A stretch of 62,850 nucleotides of DNA from an uncultured Ruminococcus sp. (GTDB lineage Bacteria; Bacillota; Clostridia; Oscillospirales; Ruminococcaceae). The notes beneath the pieces were generated by a model that saw only the letters and a program-made list of their open reading frames with translations, ran no database searches and was not told the origin of the DNA. The position numbers and the translations under genes were made by a program. The stretch is taken from NCBI GenBank assembly GCA_902797535.1, contig CADBTD010000054.1, forward strand, positions 1-62,850, read 5' to 3'. Position 1 is the first letter of the stretch, and each line of letters opens with the position of its first letter. Positions 39,597-49,177 of this stretch are shown piece after piece.

Positions 39597-39851
39597 TCAC
39601 TTAGCAAGGGACTTAGCAAGAGCAGCTTTCTTTCTTGAAGCATTGTTCTTGTGGATGATACCCTTTGCGCAAGCCTTATCGACCTTTTTGATAGCAGCGG
39701 TAACAACCTCAGCCTTATTGTCTGCGTTGTCGGAAACAGCAACAGCTGCCTTCTTCAGTGCAGTCTTAAGATCGCTCTTTACAGCCTTATTTCTGAGAGC
39801 CTTTGCCTCATTGACCTTAACTCTCTTCTTAGCGGACTTGATATTTGCCAT
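39597..39851 (-). CDS. rpsT: 30S ribosomal protein S20
   Basis: [10 protein letters not shown]...[13 protein letters not shown]. Confidence 0.97.
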   Translation of the reverse strand: MANIKSAKKRVKVNEAKALRNKAVKSDLKTALKKAAVAVSDNADNKAEVVTAAIKKVDKACAKGIIHKNNASRKKAALAKSLAK

Positions 39852-39954
39852 TTAATCTTACCTCCCTTAATAATGAATAAATTCAACTTATTCGTATACA
39901 ATACTGTATGACTGAGAGGGAACATACAGCTATATCTAAACAAGCATCGTGAAT

Positions 39955-39983
39955 ATTATATCACATCATCTTGCGAAATGCAA
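39955..39983 (-). promoter_or_regulatory. Sigma-A promoter for rpsT
   Basis: Minus strand TTGCAT-N17-TATAAT with TG extension. Confidence 0.75.
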
Positions 39984-40054
39984 CCCCTTTTAGCGAGAAA
40001 AAGAAATTTTTTTACAATTATGATTTGTTTATTTTACACAAAAAAGGAGATATA

Positions 40055-40894
40055 ATGGCACTTGATACAGACCTTGCACTGGAATTGTTTACAGACAGTA
40101 AAAAAAGAGTTGCCGATATATGCGGTGCCTCAGCTTATGAATATCGTTATGAACATGCAGAAGCAACTTTAACAGAGATAGATATAAATGATACAGCTGC
40201 TGCGGAGATCATAGGAAGACCTGTGGGAAAGTATATCACGATTGAATTTGATGCGCCGATATATGAATATTCTCCGTTTTATGAAGAAAGATGCGGTATA
40301 GTGACTGAGTCGCTGAAAAAAATATGTCCGGAGACCGGAGCCGTTTTGTTTGCAGGACTCGGAAACAGGTTTATGACCCCTGACTCTATTGGACCTCTTG
40401 CGTCTGACAGAGTGTTTGCTACTGCGCATATTTGCAGATATGCAGATGATATATATACTGACGAACTATCTGAAAGTTTTGTATTGTCAGCAGGTGTGAT
40501 GTCTCAGACCGGTATAGAATCATCTGACCTGATAAAAAGTGTATGTTCAAGTAATGAGATAAAACGTGTTATAGTATGTGATGCACTGGCGTGTCATGAA
40601 CCATCTCATATGGGAAAGACGATACAGCTTTGTTCTACTGGCATATCTCCCGGAAGCGGAGTTGGAAACTCACGTTCAGAGATATCACAAAGCAGTCTTG
40701 GGATACCTGTGGCTGCGATCGGTGTTCCGTCTGTTACAAGACTTATGTCGGATGATCCGAGATTTAAAGAACTGATAGTAACTCCTAAACAGATCGACAA
40801 ACTTGCGGAACGCTCTGCGGCAATGATCTCTGATGCTGTAAATATGTTTTTGCATCCCGGTTTTACTCGTGAAGAGATTGCCTCTTTTATGTGA
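40055..40894 (+). CDS. gpr: Germination protease GPR
   Basis: TDLALE, GKYITIE, GLGN-MTPDSIGP, GVMSQTGIE, DAL, TGISPGSGVGN, AIGVP; divergent from rpsT as usual. Confidence 0.9.
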   Translation: MALDTDLALELFTDSKKRVADICGASAYEYRYEHAEATLTEIDINDTAAAEIIGRPVGKYITIEFDAPIYEYSPFYEERCGIVTESLKKICPETGAVLFAGLGNRFMTPDSIGPLASDRVFATAHICRYADDIYTDELSESFVLSAGVMSQTGIESSDLIKSVCSSNEIKRVIVCDALACHEPSHMGKTIQLCSTGISPGSGVGNSRSEISQSSLGIPVAAIGVPSVTRLMSDDPRFKELIVTPKQIDKLAERSAAMISDAVNMFLHPGFTREEIASFM

Positions 40895-40936
40895 GATAAG
40901 TGACAGTATTTACACGCCGTTTTTAAATGTATTTTA

Positions 40937-40965
40937 TTGACATTATATACTTATTGTGATATAAT
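40937..40965 (+). promoter_or_regulatory. Sigma-A promoter for the DUF5685/J-domain operon
   Basis: TTGACA-N17-TATAAT with TG extension. Confidence 0.85.
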
Positions 40966-41011
40966 TATAGTAAGTATTTATGCGTATTATGCATGACGGG
41001 AGATGACTGCC

Positions 41012-41926
41012 TTGTTTGGATATGTAAGACCGTTTACTCCGTATCTGAGAGTTTATGAAAATGAATTGTATAAAGCAGTCTACTGTGGATTATGCCGTGA
41101 ATTGAAAAACTCATATGGTCATATCCCTACACTTTTGCTGAGTTATGATCTTGCTTTTCTTGCAGCTCTTGAAATAGGTGTAAAGCACGAAACTGTGTCT
41201 GCAGATTCTGTACGCTGTCCTGTTCATCCGATCAGAAAGACCAGATGTCTGAAATGTTCGGGAGACTCACTTCATTATTCTGCTTCTGCAGAAATAATAC
41301 TTGTATACCATAAACTGAAAGATGATCTTGCGGACAAAGGCATAAAGCGGAAAATCAGGGCGGCTGCACTTATACCGCTTTTTTATGGAAAATATAAGAA
41401 AGCTGCTTCCGAATATCCCGCACTTGCGGATTCTGTGGAACTGGCTATGAAACGTCAGCGCATTACAGAAAGAAAAAAAGTAAGATCGCTTGACCGTGCA
41501 GCTGAGCCTACTGCTGCGATAATGAATGCGGTTTTTCGTGAACTGGGCGGATGTGATCCTGATAAACGTGAGCTTTTTGGAAGATTCGGATATATGCTCG
41601 GCAGATATGTTTATATTTGTGATGCGCTCGATGATATCAACGAGGACTATGCTTTAAAAGGATATAATCCGTTGATCCCTTATGATGCGTATAAAGATAA
41701 GTCTCCGAAACTGTCGAGAGAATATCGCCTTAAAGCTGTGGCAAAAGCTCAGAACAGTCTGATGCTGACTCTTGGAGCACTTGCAGAGGTCTATGTTAAT
41801 ATCGATGCGGGAGATATGCGGCCTTTGATAGATAATATAGTGTATCTTGGATTAAAAGATACATTTTCAAAGGTGAGGAGCTTTGCTCTTGATGGTAAAA
41901 GAAAAAGAATGAAAAATGAAAGGTGA
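41012..41926 (+). CDS. DUF5685-like protein with two Asp-rich motifs
   Basis: FGYV...YKAVYCGLC...LSYD...RCPVHP...KLKDDLAD...DALDDINED...YNPL; TTG 41012 fits the GGGAG RBS better than ATG 41003. Confidence 0.78.
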   Translation: MFGYVRPFTPYLRVYENELYKAVYCGLCRELKNSYGHIPTLLLSYDLAFLAALEIGVKHETVSADSVRCPVHPIRKTRCLKCSGDSLHYSASAEIILVYHKLKDDLADKGIKRKIRAAALIPLFYGKYKKAASEYPALADSVELAMKRQRITERKKVRSLDRAAEPTAAIMNAVFRELGGCDPDKRELFGRFGYMLGRYVYICDALDDINEDYALKGYNPLIPYDAYKDKSPKLSREYRLKAVAKAQNSLMLTLGALAEVYVNIDAGDMRPLIDNIVYLGLKDTFSKVRSFALDGKRKRMKNER

Positions 41927-41932
41927 ATGCAA

Positions 41933-42676
41933 ATGAATGACCCTTACAAAACACTCGGAGTACAGCCGAATGCTTCTGAATCAGAGATAAAATCAGCTTA
42001 TAAGACACTTGTAAAAAAATATCATCCCGACAGATACACGGACAGTGATATGGCAGAACTTGCCAACGAAAAGATGACAGAGATCAATGCGGCATATGAC
42101 AGGATAATGGAAGACCGCAGGCAGGGCATATATTATGACTCTTCTCCGTCAGGCAGGAATATGTCGGGAACATATAACTCAAGTAGCTATACTCGTTCCG
42201 GTTCTTCATCCTCGTCGGGCGGAAGCGGTTTCAGTTACGGCAGGACAGGAACATATGATCAGAATTTCAATTATAATTATCAGCAAAGAAATACCAGCTT
42301 TGACGCATATCGTGTACGTCAATTAGCCGATCAGGGCGATATCAACGGTGCTGACAGCATACTTATGGCTGTTACGGAACGATCAAGAAATGCTGAATGG
42401 AATTATCTGAAAGGTATGGTAAGCTATAGAAGAGGCTGGTTCAATGAGGCTTATCATTATACTGCTAAAGCGACTCAGATGGATCCTGCCAATCAGGAGT
42501 ATTCTGCAGCTTTTCAGCAGATGAACCGTCAGCGCAGCGGATATATGACCGGTAATGCATTTACATCAAATGCTCCGTCTGTAAGGGGAACCGATCCGTG
42601 TGATATCATGTCGGGATTATGTGCTGCTGACTGCTGCTGTGAGATGATGGGCGGCGATCTTATCCCATGCTGCTGA
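41933..42676 (+). CDS. J-domain protein with TPR-like region and Cys-rich C-terminus
   Basis: DPYKTLGV...KKYHPD...EINAAYD; S/G/Y linker; AEWNYLKG...DPANQEY; tail CDIMSGLCAADCCCEMMGGDLIPCC. Confidence 0.88.
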   Translation: MNDPYKTLGVQPNASESEIKSAYKTLVKKYHPDRYTDSDMAELANEKMTEINAAYDRIMEDRRQGIYYDSSPSGRNMSGTYNSSSYTRSGSSSSSGGSGFSYGRTGTYDQNFNYNYQQRNTSFDAYRVRQLADQGDINGADSILMAVTERSRNAEWNYLKGMVSYRRGWFNEAYHYTAKATQMDPANQEYSAAFQQMNRQRSGYMTGNAFTSNAPSVRGTDPCDIMSGLCAADCCCEMMGGDLIPCC

Positions 42677-43236
42677 ATAAAAGAGCTTCGGAATGTAAGC
42701 ACTCTAAATCTTTTTGTGTTGCGCTCGGAGGGGTCATAACAGCTCTTGTGCTGCTGATAATGTTCTGTTCAACACTTTTCCCGATGCTTGATTACGCATT
42801 GCCTACATATGCGGGATTTCTTATGGTGATAGTCATGGCTGAGGCGGGTACAGGCTGGGCTTTTATGACTTATGCTGCCTGTGCTGTGCTTTGTATGCTG
42901 ATGACACCTGATTATCAGGCAAATCTGCTGTTTATACTGTTCATGGGATACTATCCGATATTGTATGTACATTTGTTCAAAATAAAGAAAAAGCCTCTGA
43001 GGGTATTTGTAAAGCTTATAGTGTTCAATACTGCTATAATCGTATTCGGACTGATATATACATATTTGTTTGCCGGAACAGACCTGTTTGAAGGTATGGA
43101 AAAGTTCGGGATGTATGCGGTCCCGCTGATGATATTTATGGCAAATGTATTTTTTGGGATCTATGAGGTCCTTCTGGGAAGGCTTATTGAACTATACACC
43201 AGATGGTTTAGAATAAAAATACTAAGTAGAAAATGA
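42667..43236 (+). CDS. Hypothetical polytopic membrane protein (ECF S component/DUF2232-like pattern)
   Basis: About 6 hydrophobic segments, VALGGVITAL, FMGYYPIL; overlaps J-domain gene stop. Confidence 0.7.
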   Translation: MLLNKRASECKHSKSFCVALGGVITALVLLIMFCSTLFPMLDYALPTYAGFLMVIVMAEAGTGWAFMTYAACAVLCMLMTPDYQANLLFILFMGYYPILYVHLFKIKKKPLRVFVKLIVFNTAIIVFGLIYTYLFAGTDLFEGMEKFGMYAVPLMIFMANVFFGIYEVLLGRLIELYTRWFRIKILSRK

Positions 43237-43298
43237 GAATAAAGAACTGGTAAAAAAAGACACAGAATATTTTTGACAACAAAGAAAAGTGGGATAAA

Positions 43299-44072
43299 AT
43301 GAAAGAGAAGAGATCACTGTTTAAAAGGGAAGAGCTTACACCCGAACAAACAGCTAAACGGGATAAAAATCGGCGTATAATAAGGATCATCAGTGCTGTA
43401 TTTTTTCTTGTGGCTATGGCGGGAATGACATATCTGCTGCTTCCTTTGTTTCAAGGAATAGGAAAAGAAGGGTACTTTGAAAAAGTTCAGGAAACAATAA
43501 CGAGCAGAGGTACCTTTCGTGGATTGATACTGTTCCTTGCGCTTCAGGCTTTACAGGTAGTTGTAGCGATAATTCCTGCTATCCAGATAGTCGGCGGACT
43601 GTTATATGGCTGGTTTATCGGCGGCCTTCTTTCGTTTGCCGGGATATTACTCGGGACTCTTGCAGTGTGGGGCATAGTCAAGCTGCTCGGAGCGCCGCTT
43701 GTTGAGGCGGTCGTAAGTGAAAAACATCTGAAAAGGTTCAGCTTTCTCGATGATGAAAAACGACTGATACTTATATTGATCATATTGTATATCATTCCGG
43801 GCGTTCCTAAGGATGTTATCACTTATCTTGTCCCGCTTACCAAAATCAAACTCCGTGATTTTATGCTGTATGTAATGCCGTTCAGACTTCCAGCGATTTT
43901 CCTGTCGTCTGCCTTTGGCTTCAATATTACTGAAGGCAATTATACTGCTGCGATATTTGTTGTGGTTATTATAGCTTTGATAGCTTGTGCAGGATTTTTT
44001 TTCAAGGATAAGGTACTTGACTATTTAAGCAAAAGGCATAAAAGGAGCAGACTGCACAAAAGCGACAAATGA
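43299..44072 (+). CDS. TVP38/TMEM64 (DedA/VTT) family membrane protein
   Basis: LQVVVAIIP, GGLLYGWFIG, IPGVPKDVITY, RLP. Confidence 0.85.
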   Translation: MKEKRSLFKREELTPEQTAKRDKNRRIIRIISAVFFLVAMAGMTYLLLPLFQGIGKEGYFEKVQETITSRGTFRGLILFLALQALQVVVAIIPAIQIVGGLLYGWFIGGLLSFAGILLGTLAVWGIVKLLGAPLVEAVVSEKHLKRFSFLDDEKRLILILIILYIIPGVPKDVITYLVPLTKIKLRDFMLYVMPFRLPAIFLSSAFGFNITEGNYTAAIFVVVIIALIACAGFFFKDKVLDYLSKRHKRSRLHKSDK

Positions 44073-44126
44073 ACGTTGAATGTTTTAGGCAAAATGATAG
44101 AACTTGAAAAAAGTTGAAAGAACTCC

Positions 44127-44155
44127 TTGACAGAGATAAAATGTTATGATATAAT
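44127..44155 (+). promoter_or_regulatory. Sigma-A promoter for tRNA cluster
   Basis: TTGACA-N17-TATAAT with TG extension. Confidence 0.85.
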
Positions 44156-44197
44156 ATATTACGTTGATTGAGCCAATAACCTCAAGAAACGTGATAT

Positions 44198-44268
44198 GCG
44201 GGTGTAGTTCAATGGTAGAACTCCAGCCTTCCAAGCTGGCCACGTGAGTTCGATTCTCATCACCCGCT
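44198..44268 (+). tRNA. tRNA-Gly(TCC)
   Basis: Acceptor GCGGGTG/CACCCGC, anticodon arm CCAGC-CTTCCAA-GCTGG, T-loop GTTCGATTC; CCA not encoded. Confidence 0.95.
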
Positions 44269-44301
44269 CTCTTTTTGCCGAGATTTCGGTAAAAGTTATA
44301 T

Positions 44302-44379
44302 GGTGGGTATAGCGTAGCTGGTTAACGCGTCAGTTTGTGGCACTGAAGACCGAGAGTTCGAATCTCTCTACCCACCCCA
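44302..44379 (+). tRNA. tRNA-His(GTG)
   Basis: G-1 plus GTGGGTA/TACCCAC, anticodon arm TCAGT-TTGTGGC-ACTGA, GTTCGAATC, encoded CCA. Confidence 0.95.
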
Positions 44380-44380
44380 T

Positions 44381-44454
44381 GCGTTTGTAGCTCAGCTGGA
44401 TAGAGCAACTGCCTTCTAAGCAGTAGGCCCGGGGTTCGAGTCCCTGCAAGCGCG
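44381..44454 (+). tRNA. tRNA-Arg(TCT)
   Basis: GCGTTTG/CAAGCGC, anticodon arm ACTGC-CTTCTAA-GCAGT, GTTCGAGTC. Confidence 0.95.
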
Positions 44455-44460
44455 CTTGAG

Positions 44461-44492
44461 ATCCTGTTGCAATATCTGCAGCAGGATTTTTT
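44461..44492 (+). terminator. Terminator after tRNAs
   Basis: ATCCTGTTGCA/TGCAGCAGGAT followed by T run. Confidence 0.8.
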
Positions 44493-44522
44493 GTTATATT
44501 ATTGTTTGAAATGAGGTGTACT

Positions 44523-45527
44523 ATGAAACCGCTGCTTCCTCCGCTTCTTAAACACGGTGATACTATTGGTATATTCAGTCCGTCTGTCCCGGCTACTGCC
44601 GATTATGAAAGCGCTTCGGTCCGAGCTGAAAGATTTCTATGTGATCTCGGATATAAAGTCAGACGTGGTATACTGTGGGGCAAAAGCTCATCGTATAAAA
44701 GCGGAACAGCCGCAGAACGTGCTGCGGAGTTCAATGCTCTGTTGTATGATGATGAAGTTGAATGTATTATGGCAGCTATGGGCGGCTTTGTTTCCAATGG
44801 TATGCTTCCTTATATTGATTATGATTACTTTTCTGCTCACCCTAAGATAGTTGTTGGTATGTCTGATGTAACATCACTGCTTATGGGATTGTATTCAAAA
44901 ACCGGTGTGACCGTTTACTACGGTCCGAACTTCGTGACCGGGTTTGCAAGACAGCGCAGTTATGCTGAATTTTCGCTTAAAGCGTTTGAAAATGCGGTTA
45001 ATCGCAGAGACAGGTACTATCTGTCGCCGCCGGATCATTATTCGGATGAACTTATTGACTGGAATGCAATTTCCACGGAAGAAAAGATAATACCGAATGA
45101 ACTTATCACATTATGCGGCGGAAAGGCAAAAGGCAGACTTATCGGCGGCAATATGAACACTCTGACATCGGTGTGGGGAACACCTTATATGCCTGAGATT
45201 AGGGAAGGTGATATATTATTCCTTGAAAATACGGAAGAATGGGCCGGATATGTCGAAAGATATGCTGCTTGGCTGAAAATGTGCGGTGTATTTGATAAGA
45301 TAGGCGGTCTTATAATCGGCAAACACAGGTGTTTTGACAGCTGCGGCACCGGTAAAAGAGCATATGAGATACTTCTCGAAACAATAGGCGAACCTCATTT
45401 TCCCGTTCTTGCCGAGTTCGATTGCTCTCATTGTGCACCTATGCTGACTATGCCTCTTGGTGTCACTGCAGAACTTGATGCAGATAGGAAAAATGTAACA
45501 ATAGTATATGGTGATCAAGATGGATGA
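44523..45527 (+). CDS. S66 peptidase (LD-carboxypeptidase/MccF-like)
   Basis: GDTIGIFSPS, ERAAEFN, GMSDVT (Ser), GGN, LFLE (Glu), FDCSH (His). Confidence 0.9.
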   Translation: MKPLLPPLLKHGDTIGIFSPSVPATADYESASVRAERFLCDLGYKVRRGILWGKSSSYKSGTAAERAAEFNALLYDDEVECIMAAMGGFVSNGMLPYIDYDYFSAHPKIVVGMSDVTSLLMGLYSKTGVTVYYGPNFVTGFARQRSYAEFSLKAFENAVNRRDRYYLSPPDHYSDELIDWNAISTEEKIIPNELITLCGGKAKGRLIGGNMNTLTSVWGTPYMPEIREGDILFLENTEEWAGYVERYAAWLKMCGVFDKIGGLIIGKHRCFDSCGTGKRAYEILLETIGEPHFPVLAEFDCSHCAPMLTMPLGVTAELDADRKNVTIVYGDQDG

Positions 45528-46194
45528 GATAAAAAAATTGCTGCTTGGTATGGGAAATGATGATTTTCGGGTCTTTCAGCAGCGTATCGTTAAAGTTCCG
45601 CTTGAAACTGTTATAGGTATAAAAACACCTGAACTCAGAAAAATCGCTAAGGCTCTTGTTCGTGACAGAAATGAAGAAAAGTTTCTATCCGATCTTCCTC
45701 ATACTTACTTCGAAGAAAATCAGCTCCATGCATTTATATTATCGGAGTGTCGTGATTTTAACAAGGCTGTAAATGAAGTTGATAGATTTTTGCCTTATGT
45801 TGATAATTGGGCTACCTGCGATCAGCTTCGGCCAAAGTGCTTTAAGAAGAATCATGGTCAGCTGATCTCTTATGTAAAGAGATGGCTTGGTTCCGAGCAT
45901 ATTTATACTGTCAGATTTGCAATGGGTATGCTTCTTGTTCATTTCCTTGATGACGATTTTTCGGATGAATACCCGCTTCTTGTTTCCTCCGTTGATTCTG
46001 ATGAGTATTATGTCAATATGATGCAGGCGTGGTATTTTGCTGAAGCGCTTGTAAAGCAGCAGGAAAGAACGATATATTATTTTTCTGAGAAAAAGCTTTC
46101 AAAGTGGGTAAATAATAAGGCTATTCAAAAAGCAAGGGAAAGCTTCCGGATATCACCCGAACTGAAAGATAAGCTTCTTGAATATAAAATGTGA
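45520..46194 (+). CDS. DNA alkylation repair protein (AlkD-like HEAT repeat)
   Basis: GIKTPELRKIAK, VDNWATCD, YYVNMMQAW, KAIQKARESFRI. Confidence 0.85.
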   Translation: MDEIKKLLLGMGNDDFRVFQQRIVKVPLETVIGIKTPELRKIAKALVRDRNEEKFLSDLPHTYFEENQLHAFILSECRDFNKAVNEVDRFLPYVDNWATCDQLRPKCFKKNHGQLISYVKRWLGSEHIYTVRFAMGMLLVHFLDDDFSDEYPLLVSSVDSDEYYVNMMQAWYFAEALVKQQERTIYYFSEKKLSKWVNNKAIQKARESFRISPELKDKLLEYKM

Positions 46195-46236
46195 ACTTTA
46201 TATTGTTAAATATATGTCAATTTTGAAAAAAAGCAC

Positions 46237-46265
46237 TTGATTTTTTCTGAGAGATGATATATAAT
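46237..46265 (+). promoter_or_regulatory. Sigma-A promoter for pgk
   Basis: TTGATT-N17-TATAAT. Confidence 0.7.
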
Positions 46266-46348
46266 AGTAAATGAACGGTTTTTCCGTCAGTGTAGTTTAT
46301 TATTGGGGAATTTCCCCTGAAAATTTAATCAGAGAGGATGTCAGTGAT

Positions 46349-47569
46349 ATGGCAGGATTAAACAAGGTAACAGTTGACGACATTAGCGTTAAGGGCAAGA
46401 AGGTTCTTGTTCGTGTTGATTTCAACGTTCCGCTGAAGGACGGCGTTATCACCAACGACAACAGAATAACCGCAGCTCTGCCTACGATCAATAAGCTCGT
46501 TGAAAACGGAGCTAAGGTCGTTCTTTGCTCGCATCTCGGCAAGCCGAAGAACGGTCCCGAGGATAAGTTCTCACTCGCACCTGCTGCTGCAAGACTTGCA
46601 GAGCTTGTAAACACTAAGGTTACTTTTGCTAAGGATGATACAGTTGTAGGCGACAATGCCAAGAAGGCTGTTGCTGAAATGGCTGATGGCGAAATAGTTG
46701 TTCTTGAGAACACAAGATTCCGCGGCGCAGAAGAGACCAAGAACGGCGAAGGATTTGCAAAGGAACTTGCTGACCTCGTTGATGATGAAGTATTCGTAAT
46801 GGATGCTTTCGGCTCTGCACACAGAGCACACGCTTCTACTGCCGGTGTTACTAAGTTTGTAAAAGAAACTGCAGTTGGTTACCTCATGCAGAAGGAAATC
46901 AACTATCTTGGTAATGCAGTTGAAGATCCTGTAAGACCTTTCGTTGCTATCCTTGGCGGTGCTAAGGTTGCTGATAAGCTCAATGTTATATCAAACCTCA
47001 TTGAAAAGTGCGATACACTTATCATTGGCGGTGGTATGGCTTATACATTCCTGAAGGCTCAGGGCAAGGAAGTAGGCACCTCGCTCGTAGACGATACCAA
47101 GATCGACTACTGCAAGGAAATGATTGCTAAGGCTGAGGCTGCAGGCAAGAAGCTCCTTCTCCCTGTTGATACTGCAGTTGCAGCAAGCTTCCCTGATCCT
47201 ATCGATGCTGAAATTGCTGTAGAGAACGTTGCTTCTGACAGCATTCCTGCTGACAAGATGGGTCTTGACATCGGTACTAAGACTGCTGAGCTTTATGCTG
47301 AGGCTGTTAAGTCCGCTAAGACTGTTGTTTGGAACGGACCTATGGGCGTATTTGAGAACCCTGTACTTGCTAAGGGTACTATAGCTGTTGCTAAGGCACT
47401 TGCTGATACTGATGCTACAACTATCATCGGCGGCGGTGATTCTGCAGCTGCTGTTATACAGCTTGGCTTTGCTGATAAGATGAGCCATATATCTACCGGC
47501 GGCGGCGCTTCGCTTGAGTATCTTGAAGGCAAGGTACTTCCCGGCATAGATGTTATTGCTGACAAGTAA
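46349..47569 (+). CDS. pgk: Phosphoglycerate kinase
   Basis: [54 protein letters not shown]. Confidence 0.97.
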   Translation: MAGLNKVTVDDISVKGKKVLVRVDFNVPLKDGVITNDNRITAALPTINKLVENGAKVVLCSHLGKPKNGPEDKFSLAPAAARLAELVNTKVTFAKDDTVVGDNAKKAVAEMADGEIVVLENTRFRGAEETKNGEGFAKELADLVDDEVFVMDAFGSAHRAHASTAGVTKFVKETAVGYLMQKEINYLGNAVEDPVRPFVAILGGAKVADKLNVISNLIEKCDTLIIGGGMAYTFLKAQGKEVGTSLVDDTKIDYCKEMIAKAEAAGKKLLLPVDTAVAASFPDPIDAEIAVENVASDSIPADKMGLDIGTKTAELYAEAVKSAKTVVWNGPMGVFENPVLAKGTIAVAKALADTDATTIIGGGDSAAAVIQLGFADKMSHISTGGGASLEYLEGKVLPGIDVIADK

Positions 47570-47582
47570 TCAATCGGTCATA

Positions 47583-47617
47583 CACGGGACGGGGCGGTCA
47601 TCGTCCGTCCCGTTTTA
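47583..47617 (+). terminator. Intrinsic terminator after pgk
   Basis: ACGGGACGG...CCGTCCCGT followed by T4. Confidence 0.75.
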
Positions 47618-47643
47618 TGATTATATAAGGATTATAAGGGGAA

Positions 47644-48222
47644 ATGACAGTAATGAATCCATATTATGCGTCGCTTATGATGATGAGCGATAATGCTTTC
47701 GGAAAAACAGGAGTGCTTGACAAATACGGCAATGTTTTAGGTATTGTATTGTTGGTATTTGGACTGATCATGTTAAGTGCAGCACTTAAAGTCAGAAAAA
47801 TGGGCAGTTTTTATCTTGAGGCTTTTAATAATGAGCCTGTGATCCTGGATAAGGGATTTAAACCTTTTACAGCTGAGATAAAAGATCACAGAACTCAGGA
47901 ATTCGGAAGTATGAAGCTTTCGGAGATGCTTGTTGAATTTTCACTTGATGGTGAAGTTTACAGCAAATGGACACCGGATCTTGGATTTGAGGGTACTGTC
48001 AACATCGAATTTAATCCTGATGATCCTTCTGATTTCTATATCACTGATAAGATCGAAAGTCCGGTTGAGGAAGAATCAACTAATATTACCGAAGATGGTG
48101 AAGTAGTTGAGGAAGACACTTCTAAGCCTGTAAATAAAGCGTTTATTGGTATGCTCGGACTCGCTGTATTCCTTATGGGAATTGGTATAGCTTTTCTGTA
48201 TGATTTTTATTTTATAAAGTAA
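47644..48222 (+). CDS. Hypothetical membrane protein (TM, beta domain, TM; DUF3592-like layout)
   Basis: Two terminal TM segments flanking VNIEFNPDDP-type region. Confidence 0.65.
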   Translation: MTVMNPYYASLMMMSDNAFGKTGVLDKYGNVLGIVLLVFGLIMLSAALKVRKMGSFYLEAFNNEPVILDKGFKPFTAEIKDHRTQEFGSMKLSEMLVEFSLDGEVYSKWTPDLGFEGTVNIEFNPDDPSDFYITDKIESPVEEESTNITEDGEVVEEDTSKPVNKAFIGMLGLAVFLMGIGIAFLYDFYFIK

Positions 48223-48226
48223 TAGT

Positions 48227-49177
48227 ATGAGAAAATGTTTAAAAGTCGTCGGAAAGATTTTGCTTGGGCTGATGGCAGTTGTTGTATTGCTTACCGCCGT
48301 ATTGAAACTCTACGATGTTTATAAGAAACCCAAGGAAGCGTATCTGCGTGCCCCGCTTGGTGAAATCATAGAGTGCGATAAGGGAAAAATGTGCATATAC
48401 TGCAAAGGAACCGGAAATAAAACCATTTTATTTCTTTCGGGCTGCGGCACTCCTTCTCCTATTCTTGATTTTCGTTCTCTTTACTCACTTCTTGATGATG
48501 AATACAGAATTGTAGTAATAGAAAGATATGGCTATGGTTCAAGCGATATTGTGGATGGTGAAAGAACTTCCGAAATTATGCTTGAAGATGACAGAAATGC
48601 TCTTGAAAAGGCAGGAATTAAAGCACCATATATATTATGTGCTCATTCGTTGGCAGGTCTTGAGGCTGTAAGTTGGTCTCAGCTATATCCTGATGAGGTG
48701 GAGGCTGTCGTAGGTCTTGATATGTCGCTTCCAAATGCTTATGATAATGTTGATACTGATATCCCGAAGGCGGGCGAATTGCTGATAAGTTTTCTTGCAG
48801 GCAACGGCTATCTCAGACTGCCGCCTGTTTATAGTCAGTTTGATGCTCTGAATAATGGCAGTCTTTCTGATGAAGAAAAAGAACAGTTTAAAGCTGTATT
48901 CTATTCAGTGGGATACAATAAGACTGTTATGCGGGAGTCTGCCGATCTTAAAAAGAGCATAGAATTGACAGATCAACATGAAAAGCCTGATGTTCCAATG
49001 CTTTTATTTGTTTCTGATGATCCCGAACCAAGCTGGCATGAAGCTCAGCACGAATACATTGCGGGACGACAAGACAGCAGATATATAGAGCTTGACTGCG
49101 GACATTATGTACATGATCATCAGTATCAAAGGATCAGTGAGGAAATGAAAGAGTTCATTAATGAACTTGCTTCATAA
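48227..49177 (+). CDS. Membrane-anchored alpha/beta hydrolase
   Basis: N-terminal TM, ERYGYGSS, AHSLAG, VGLD, GHYVH. Confidence 0.85.
   Translation: MRKCLKVVGKILLGLMAVVVLLTAVLKLYDVYKKPKEAYLRAPLGEIIECDKGKMCIYCKGTGNKTILFLSGCGTPSPILDFRSLYSLLDDEYRIVVIERYGYGSSDIVDGERTSEIMLEDDRNALEKAGIKAPYILCAHSLAGLEAVSWSQLYPDEVEAVVGLDMSLPNAYDNVDTDIPKAGELLISFLAGNGYLRLPPVYSQFDALNNGSLSDEEKEQFKAVFYSVGYNKTVMRESADLKKSIELTDQHEKPDVPMLLFVSDDPEPSWHEAQHEYIAGRQDSRYIELDCGHYVHDHQYQRISEEMKEFINELAS

Noticed and set aside
42668-42740. TGC TGC TGA as possible selenocysteine read-through of the J-protein
   Set aside because: No SECIS-like hairpin seen, the extension is short and featureless, and it overlaps the next gene
44198-46200. 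tRNA-anchored genomic island
   Set aside because: No integrase and no duplicated tRNA 3' end seen; flanking genes are housekeeping
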